A stretch of 13,598 nucleotides of DNA from NCBI GenBank assembly GCA_030587475.2, contig JAUQYZ020000123.1, positions 1 to 13,598 of the forward strand, given 5' to 3'. Source of the stretch: Candidatus Sigynarchaeum calidifontis. Its GTDB lineage: Archaea > Asgardarchaeota > Lokiarchaeia > Sigyniarchaeales > Sigyniarchaeaceae. The notes under the pieces are model-generated. The model saw only the letters and a program-made list of their open reading frames with translations, was not told where the DNA came from and searched no databases. A program made the translations under genes and the position numbers. The stretch's first letter is position 1. Every line of letters begins with the position of its first letter. Shown here piece by piece: positions 8,711 to 13,598 of the stretch.

Positions 8711-9085
8711 TTAATCGTAGTAGAGTAACAAGGCGAACCACCCGAACCCTGCCAGTATCGCATCCAAGATCCCGAAAGTGGTAAATAATCCTTCTTGAAC
8801 AGCTGTGGTGATGTCCACGGCAAGCATAATCGAATACCCGAACGCCGTGTAGAAGATGACGATGTGGAACAAGATGCCCGCCCAGCCTGCATCGTCTTTA
8901 CGCAGGAATTCTGAACCCGCCGCGATTCCGAGAATGGGAAACACCAGAAGGATCATATCGGAAGCAAGGGCGTTTAGCGACGATGGCCACTCGGCGACCC
9001 GCGGCGGGAATCGTGCCACGAGCACGGCGCTGATGCCGAAGATGACAACACCCAGGATCGTCTCGATTCTTCTATCAATCCTCAT
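8711..9085 (-). CDS. Small integral membrane protein (about 4 TM), function unknown
   Basis: 124 aa from ATG 9085 (MRIDRRIETILGVVIFG...) with four hydrophobic segments. The longer ORF-track start (9424) overlaps the opposite-strand gene and is rejected; ATG 9154 is an alternative. Confidence 0.65.
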   Translation of the reverse strand: MRIDRRIETILGVVIFGISAVLVARFPPRVAEWPSSLNALASDMILLVFPILGIAAGSEFLRKDDAGWAGILFHIVIFYTAFGYSIMLAVDITTAVQEGLFTTFGILDAILAGFGWFALLLYYD

Positions 9086-9233
9086 GCTCTTCACGTGGGG
9101 GAGATGTACATGCAATCTCGATTTTTTTTTTGGATATAGGCGTGTATCTTTCATGTAACCTTGTTGGATATTTTTATTTGGTAAACCGGGTATTAATGTA
9201 GATGACCAGTCCAAGGTAATCGGGGAATTTCGC
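9086..9233. promoter_or_regulatory. Divergent AT-rich intergenic/promoter region with a T10 tract
   Basis: T10 at 9122-9131, plus ATATTTTTATTT and TATTAAT, between divergent starts at 9085(-) and 9234(+). Confidence 0.4.
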
Positions 9234-9761
9234 ATGAAGATCAGCTCGATAAAAATCGTGATACGAAGCGATAATAAAGCGGCCATCTCTGAATTTATCC
9301 GGCGAATACCGGGACGGGTATACACAGATGAAACAACTGCACAGATAATCGGCGCTGACTTCACGCTCTCGGAACGCGAAGCCGGCGACGGAGCGATACA
9401 TCTATACATCTGGATCGTTAACAACCACCCGTCTTTCTCGCCGTTGCGCCAGCATTACTTGCAAGGTGCAAAAATACATGCCATGTTCATAGATGCAAGC
9501 AACCCCGAAAGCATCCAGCAAGTTGCCGAATGGAAGGCCGAAGCTGGCGAGGTTATGGAGGAGGCAACAGGCATGATCGTTGCCACTAACATCAACAAGG
9601 TTCCGGACAACGTGAAGGTGGAAGAGAAAATCGGCGAGCTGGCTCTGCATCTCGGTCTCGAGGCAGTGCTCGTCTCGACCGAGACAGAGGCGGACTACGC
9701 GGCTGCCATCAAGACGTTTCTGGAACGGGTTGACCGAATTGCAATGGCTTCTTGCACTTGA
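9234..9761 (+). CDS. Rab/Ras-fold small GTPase-like protein with degenerate G motifs (pseudo-GTPase)
   Basis: 175 aa, aligns in register with the GTPase domain at 12105-12610: KIVIRSDNKAAISEFIRR vs KIIVIGDPSVGKTSLILR; IIGADF; WIVNNHPSFSPLRQHYLQGA vs WDIAGQAKFNTFRKGFYNGA; IDASNPESIQQVAEW vs FDLTNLETFKNVKAW; LALHLGLEAVLVST vs LAKELGCDVLLTSA. Confidence 0.78.
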   Translation: MKISSIKIVIRSDNKAAISEFIRRIPGRVYTDETTAQIIGADFTLSEREAGDGAIHLYIWIVNNHPSFSPLRQHYLQGAKIHAMFIDASNPESIQQVAEWKAEAGEVMEEATGMIVATNINKVPDNVKVEEKIGELALHLGLEAVLVSTETEADYAAAIKTFLERVDRIAMASCT

Positions 9762-9904
9762 TGCATGACTCTTTCCTCTCATCCTTCACGGCGCGCACTT
9801 GATGCAGCTGTCGTCGCGCATCCTGGGCACACGTAAGCTGCTTGCTTGATATCCTTCTGGCAAATTGGACAGACAAGAAATGTTGGCTTCGTTGGCCAGG
9901 GCAT
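9709..9904 (-). pseudogene. Frameshifted 8-Cys (RING/FYVE-like) zinc-finger gene, or an intact 41-aa CPxC..CPxC zinc-ribbon ORF (9779-9904)
   Basis: ATG 9904, preceded by SD-like GGAGGGTGA, gives MPWPTKPTFLVCPICQKDIKQAAYVCPGCATT. The next frame gives SCIKCA and the third gives AVKDERKESCIKCKKPLQF. That is four CxxC pairs in order across two frameshifts. Confidence 0.55.
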
Positions 9905-9965
9905 GCTACATCACCCTCCATTTACGAATTTATCATCGCCAAGTATGGTGATGTTTTCAAGAAGG

Positions 9966-11171
9966 TCACGCGGTAAAACGATACGCGAGGCGCTTGAGTG
10001 CCTCCAGCAGCACGACGCTGGCAAGTCCCAAGGCAATCATCAACGCGGTTGTTATTGCCGCTCCCAAAGGTTCGATTATGGAGAGGTTCCAGAACATAGA
10101 TCCAAAGATATTGAAGGCCAGGATCATTACAATGAAGTGTCGATGGGTATGCAAGACGAGGCCAACGGCGTCGAGGGCAAGTAGCGTGATGGAGCACGAA
10201 AACCAACCGACAAGGGGCAGGCCCGCCGCGAGGAGCAAGAACTGCGCGGGATCGGCGACGCGGCACGCGATGATCGCGGTGCTCGCGGCCAGGATGGCCA
10301 AGAAAAGGGCTCCGGAGACCGCTTGCTTGGCAGCTAGCAACCGTCGGGTGAACCGCGGGAGCGCCAGGAAGCAAGGGGCAATGCCATCCCCCGCGCCAGA
10401 CACGGCCGACGAGATGAAGAACGGCAAGAAGCCCGTGAGGATGTATAGCCAGAAAAACGCGAAGACCGGGTCAGACACCTGGACGGAGAAGCCCGCGAGG
10501 ATGATGGCGGCCGTGGCAACGACCGGTGCAAGCAACGTGGCGAGATTCCTCGCGTCCTTGAACAAGACCTCCATGAGAGACCGCCCGATGTTCCAGGCCG
10601 GCGAGCTGGGCCAGATGCGTATCATCGTTTCCTGAACGTCCCGGCCCGGCGCTTTGGGATTGAGCTTGATCACGGCAAGCGCGAGAACTTGCGACAAGCC
10701 CGCGGGCAACGCGGCTACCAGGATGCTAGATACGACGGCCAGGATACAATATGCTGCGCCAGGCTGGGTGATAGACAGTGCGATCGCCGCCAGCACGGGG
10801 AACGTGGCCGATGGAATGGCGGTTGCCATGGTGATCGCCCCACCGATCGAACGCTCCACCGTACGCGTGGGAAGCGGCATCGACGAGAGAAACGATCGGA
10901 TGCACGGCTTGCGCGCCTGGCCGGCAGCCGAGATGGCCAGGAGGGTCAAGAACGCGGCTTGGATGCCAAGAAACGCGACAAAGTTGTTCCCGAGCGCGAG
11001 GACCAGCGCCCCCGCCGTCGCGGTCACGCACGCGAGTGCGATGGACGCGGTATTCCCTCCTGGGCTGCCTGGTTTTCCGTGCGTGCCCTCCTTGAACCGC
11101 GATTCGGCGAGCACGGCCCTGGCAAGCTGCCACGTCACGTGATCCGGCCGAACCGTTCCATTCACGATCAT
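9966..11171 (-). CDS. ABC-2-type exporter membrane subunit (multi-pass permease)
   Basis: 401 aa, very hydrophobic with about 10 TM segments in two halves. Starts 6 bp after the ABC ATPase stop. Confidence 0.72.
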   Translation of the reverse strand: MIVNGTVRPDHVTWQLARAVLAESRFKEGTHGKPGSPGGNTASIALACVTATAGALVLALGNNFVAFLGIQAAFLTLLAISAAGQARKPCIRSFLSSMPLPTRTVERSIGGAITMATAIPSATFPVLAAIALSITQPGAAYCILAVVSSILVAALPAGLSQVLALAVIKLNPKAPGRDVQETMIRIWPSSPAWNIGRSLMEVLFKDARNLATLLAPVVATAAIILAGFSVQVSDPVFAFFWLYILTGFLPFFISSAVSGAGDGIAPCFLALPRFTRRLLAAKQAVSGALFLAILAASTAIIACRVADPAQFLLLAAGLPLVGWFSCSITLLALDAVGLVLHTHRHFIVMILAFNIFGSMFWNLSIIEPLGAAITTALMIALGLASVVLLEALKRLAYRFTA

Positions 11172-11177
11172 CCGCGA

Positions 11178-11987
11178 TCACCCGCCTCTGCCTGGTAGAA
11201 TGCCTTGTAGTGCCTTGAACTTATTGTGGGCATCGATGACACTCTTTTCGTCCCCGGTCAAGCTCAAGAACAGGCCCTCCAATTCCATCCCCTCGGCGTG
11301 GGCTCGATTGCGTAGTTGATCTACCGAGCCCTCCGCCACGAGCTTTCCCTTGTTGATGACACCGATCCGATTGCAGATGGACTCTGCCTCGTCGATCACG
11401 TGTGTAGAGAGCACGACAGCGTGGCCGCTGCCCGCCATGGTCCCGAGCATGTCCTTCACGAGGTGTCGCGTGCGGACGTCCAGCCCGGTTAGCGGCTCGT
11501 CGAGGACGAGGACTGCCGGATCGTGGAGCAGCGCGGCGACGATCTGGATCTTCTGTTGATTCCCCTTGCTCAACATCGCGATCGGGGTCTTGTAATACTT
11601 CACGGCATCGAGTACCTTGAGCAGATCGCGTGCCCGGCGCGTCGCGATAGTGGAGTCTAGCCGCCTCACGGACGCGACGAGCGAGAGCAGCCGGGCCGGG
11701 GTCATCGACCGGAAGACGTCGGGCTCCTCGGGCACGTAACCCACGATGGCCTTGACCCGCGCCGGGTCCTTCGCTGGATCGTGACCGTTCACGTTGATCG
11801 TACCCTCATCCGGCTTGAGAAGGCCCGCGATGCACTTGAGCAGCGTGGACTTGCCCGCGCCATTCGGGCCGAGCAAGCCGTAGATCTCGCCCGGGCGGGC
11901 CTCGATGCTCACGCCGTCGATTGCCGGGACGAGCCCATACCGCTTGACGAGGTCCTTGACGATGATACCGGTCGGGGTCGCTGCCAT
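11178..11987 (-). CDS. ABC transporter ATP-binding protein (ABC-2 / multidrug-type exporter)
   Basis: Walker A GPNGAGKST, GYVPE loop, signature LSKGNQQK, Walker B VLVLDEPLTGLD, H-loop LSTH, C-terminal LEGLFLSLT. Confidence 0.95.
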   Translation of the reverse strand: MAATPTGIIVKDLVKRYGLVPAIDGVSIEARPGEIYGLLGPNGAGKSTLLKCIAGLLKPDEGTINVNGHDPAKDPARVKAIVGYVPEEPDVFRSMTPARLLSLVASVRRLDSTIATRRARDLLKVLDAVKYYKTPIAMLSKGNQQKIQIVAALLHDPAVLVLDEPLTGLDVRTRHLVKDMLGTMAGSGHAVVLSTHVIDEAESICNRIGVINKGKLVAEGSVDQLRNRAHAEGMELEGLFLSLTGDEKSVIDAHNKFKALQGILPGRGG

Positions 11988-12104
11988 GGATACACCACGT
12001 TCAAGTGACGCACGCGCCGCGCGGATGATGCGAACCGCGTGCCCTAGTAGGGGTGTCGGGGCGCGGTATAAGAAGGAGATGGGCCGAGCTGGGAATGGCA
12101 GCGG

Positions 12105-13136
12105 TCACGCGAGGGACTTGAATATCTTCGCGGCGAGGTCGGTGAATGCCTGGTCCACGTGCTCGCCCGTGAGCGCTGACGTGAGAAGCACGTCGCAGCC
12201 CAGTTCCTTGGCGAGGGCCTGGATGTCGTCGTCAGGAACAACCCGCTTGTCCTTGAGATCAAGCTTGTTCCCGAGGATGTAACAAGGCATCTTGCCGATG
12301 GCAGAGATGGCATCGTTGTACCATGCCTTGACGTTCTTGAAGGTTTCCAGGTTCGTGAGGTCGAAGGCCACGATGATGCCACGAGCACCATTATAGAAGC
12401 CCTTCCTGAACGTGTTGAACTTGGCCTGTCCTGCTATGTCCCACAAGACCAGCTTGGCCTTTTTCTTGCTCGCGAAAGTAACCTCCTTCTCGGTCAAGTT
12501 CGTGCCGATCGTGGGGAGATATGTCTGGCGAAAGGCATGATCGGTGTACCGGAGGATGAGCGAGGTCTTCCCGACGCTCGGATCGCCGATGACGATGATC
12601 TTGAAGGCGTACTCGGCATCCCTCGACTTGCCAGTGACTTGTGACTCGTCGGGGAACGCGACATCGCCCCGTTGGCCGAGCTCTTGCGAGCGCAGCTCCT
12701 CGATCCGGCGGGTCATGGCGCCGTGGAAGGCAGCGAGGAGCGCGGGTTCCACGGGCTGCTTGCTCTCCTCCCGCTGGGCGATCCTTTTCGCGTATTCGTC
12801 GAAAATCGGCTGGAAATCGGGGAGATACTTGTAAATCACAGCGTCGCCCTCCTCGCCGATGACGAGGGAGAGCGTGGATTCGCCTTGATGGCCACGAGAC
12901 GCGTGATCCCGGTACTTGATGCAGCGGACGACGATCTTCGCCGAGCCGTCGGGCACCGGGATGATGGCGACCTTTTCCGGCACCTCGTCTGCGCCGAACG
13001 AGATGTTCATGGACGCGATGGCCGCCTTTTCAAGGAGCTCCTTTGGCGACGCCAGCGGGTGCCAGCACGCGGGAACGGGGCCGGCACGCTGGTCAAACTT
13101 CGAATACAAGACGGAGATGAGGACGGTCGAGCTCAT
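12105..13136 (-). CDS. Rab-like small GTPase fused to an N-terminal uDENN/longin-like domain
   Basis: C-terminal domain has G1 GDPSVGKT (12564-12587), G2 YLPTIG, G3 WDIAGQ, FYNGA, G4 GNKLD and G5 TSAL. The N-terminal ~150 aa begin VLYSKFDQRAGPVPACWHP, the F-D/H-x3-G-P-x6-P start typical of uDENN/NPRL2-like longin domains. Start placed at ATG 13136 (343 aa). No C-terminal prenylation Cys. Confidence 0.9.
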   Translation of the reverse strand: MSSTVLISVLYSKFDQRAGPVPACWHPLASPKELLEKAAIASMNISFGADEVPEKVAIIPVPDGSAKIVVRCIKYRDHASRGHQGESTLSLVIGEEGDAVIYKYLPDFQPIFDEYAKRIAQREESKQPVEPALLAAFHGAMTRRIEELRSQELGQRGDVAFPDESQVTGKSRDAEYAFKIIVIGDPSVGKTSLILRYTDHAFRQTYLPTIGTNLTEKEVTFASKKKAKLVLWDIAGQAKFNTFRKGFYNGARGIIVAFDLTNLETFKNVKAWYNDAISAIGKMPCYILGNKLDLKDKRVVPDDDIQALAKELGCDVLLTSALTGEHVDQAFTDLAAKIFKSLA

Positions 13137-13274
13137 AGGGGGTACCGCTGGCGGGCTGTTATCTAATGCAAGCTCGTCGTGGAAGGTAATGAATTTTCGC
13201 AACGTCGCTCGTGGCGAACGACCCCATGTGAAGTTTTTAGGCGTGCGTTATCCAGAGCTCTGTAGGATTACCGA

Positions 13275-13292
13275 TCGGGGATTGGTCCCCGA
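13275..13292. promoter_or_regulatory. Perfect 7-bp hairpin / inverted repeat in the divergent intergenic region
   Basis: TCGGGGA-ttgg-TCCCCGA, 17 nt before ATG 13310. Confidence 0.3.
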
Positions 13293-13309
13293 CGAGGCCC
13301 ATCGAGAAA

Positions 13310-13598
13310 ATGTCCCGAACCAACTGTCCCGTCTGCGGGAGACAGCCGAACCCTCCAAAAAGCGAGCTGGAACGGCACTGGTACACGTGCATGGCTTGCG
13401 AACGCGTGTTTTGCACTAATTGCGGGTCTCCAGGGTTCTGTTCCAGGTGTTCAAGCCAGCTCGACGCCAGCCAGCGCCAGCACGTGCGCACGCGCGGCTA
13501 CCGCGCCTTCCACTTGAACAAGGCGAGGACACCGCTCGTGGTCGTCGGGATCGTCGTCTTGATGTTCGGATTGCTCCTCTTTCTCGTTTATTGGAAGA
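13310..13598 (+). CDS. 8-Cys FYVE-like double zinc-finger protein with a TM helix (3'-truncated by the window edge; absent from the ORF track)
   Basis: Hand translation from ATG 13310: MSRTNCPVCGRQPNPPKSELERHWYTCMACERVFCTNCGSPGFCSRCSSQLDASQRQHVRTRGYRAFHLNKARTPLVVVGIVVLMFGLLLFLVYWK, open to the end. Pattern C-x2-C-x17-C-x2-C-x4-C-x2-C-x5-C-x2-C followed by a 20-aa hydrophobic helix. Confidence 0.8.
   Translation, partial: MSRTNCPVCGRQPNPPKSELERHWYTCMACERVFCTNCGSPGFCSRCSSQLDASQRQHVRTRGYRAFHLNKARTPLVVVGIVVLMFGLLLFLVYWK

Noticed and set aside
8711-8713. In-frame stop between the 4-TM ORF and GH38 as a selenocysteine or pyrrolysine codon
   Set aside because: The codon is TAA, not TGA or TAG.
9122-9131. 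T10 tract as a phase-variation site or terminator
   Set aside because: No plus-strand gene ends here, and it is coding only if the less likely ATG 9154 is used.
9086-9424. N-terminal extension of the 237-aa ORF (8711..9424)
   Set aside because: It overlaps the opposite-strand pseudo-GTPase and an AT-rich promoter-like region. Only the last 124 aa look like a real membrane protein.
9750-9761. Penultimate Cys (…MASCT*) of the pseudo-GTPase as a Rab-like prenylation signal
   Set aside because: It is not CC, CxC or CaaX. The codons overlap the opposite-strand zinc-finger remnant and the 12-bp repeat, so the Cys may be incidental.
9754-9806. 12-bp direct repeat as a CRISPR remnant
   Set aside because: Only two short copies, no cas genes, and both copies encode CIKC on the minus strand.
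13137-13202. TTG-started 22-aa extension of the longin-Rab protein
   Set aside because: The longin-like first strand begins right after ATG 13136, and the extension lies in the divergent intergenic region.
13200-13480. Apparently non-coding stretch as a tRNA or ncRNA
   Set aside because: No cloverleaf or T-arm consensus, and most of it is explained by the zinc-finger ORF starting at 13310.
5885-13491. Numerous 60-230 aa antisense or alternate-frame ORFs (e.g. 6485..7042, 8045..8728, 9994..10635, 12672..13166, 12916..13419, 13237..13491)
   Set aside because: They are shadows of well-supported genes in GC-rich DNA and carry no motifs.

Overview
This window looks like Asgard-archaeal DNA (Lokiarchaeia-like; inferred from the Rab-like GTPases, longin-like domain, ISH3-type IS and PAS kinase). 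From left to right it holds: a complete ISH3-family insertion sequence with 22-bp terminal inverted repeats, a CxxCxxCC (YkgJ-like) protein, an orphan PAS-PAS histidine kinase, a membrane-anchored GxGYxYP putative glycoside hydrolase, a GH38 alpha-mannosidase with an odd start region, and a small 4-TM protein. These are followed by a Rab-fold pseudo-GTPase that has lost its G motifs, a frameshifted 8-Cys zinc-finger remnant, and an ABC-2-type exporter pair. At the right end is an intact Rab-like GTPase fused to an N-terminal uDENN/longin-like domain carrying a DxxxRG motif like the arginine finger of FLCN/SMCR8/NPRL2. Divergent from it is an ORF missing from the supplied track, encoding an 8-Cys FYVE-like zinc finger plus a TM helix and cut by the window edge. 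The best candidate for a new system is the right-hand cluster: a possibly self-regulating longin-GAP/Rab fusion, a pseudo-GTPase and a membrane-anchored FYVE-like finger. Family calls come from motifs read by eye; no database searches were run.
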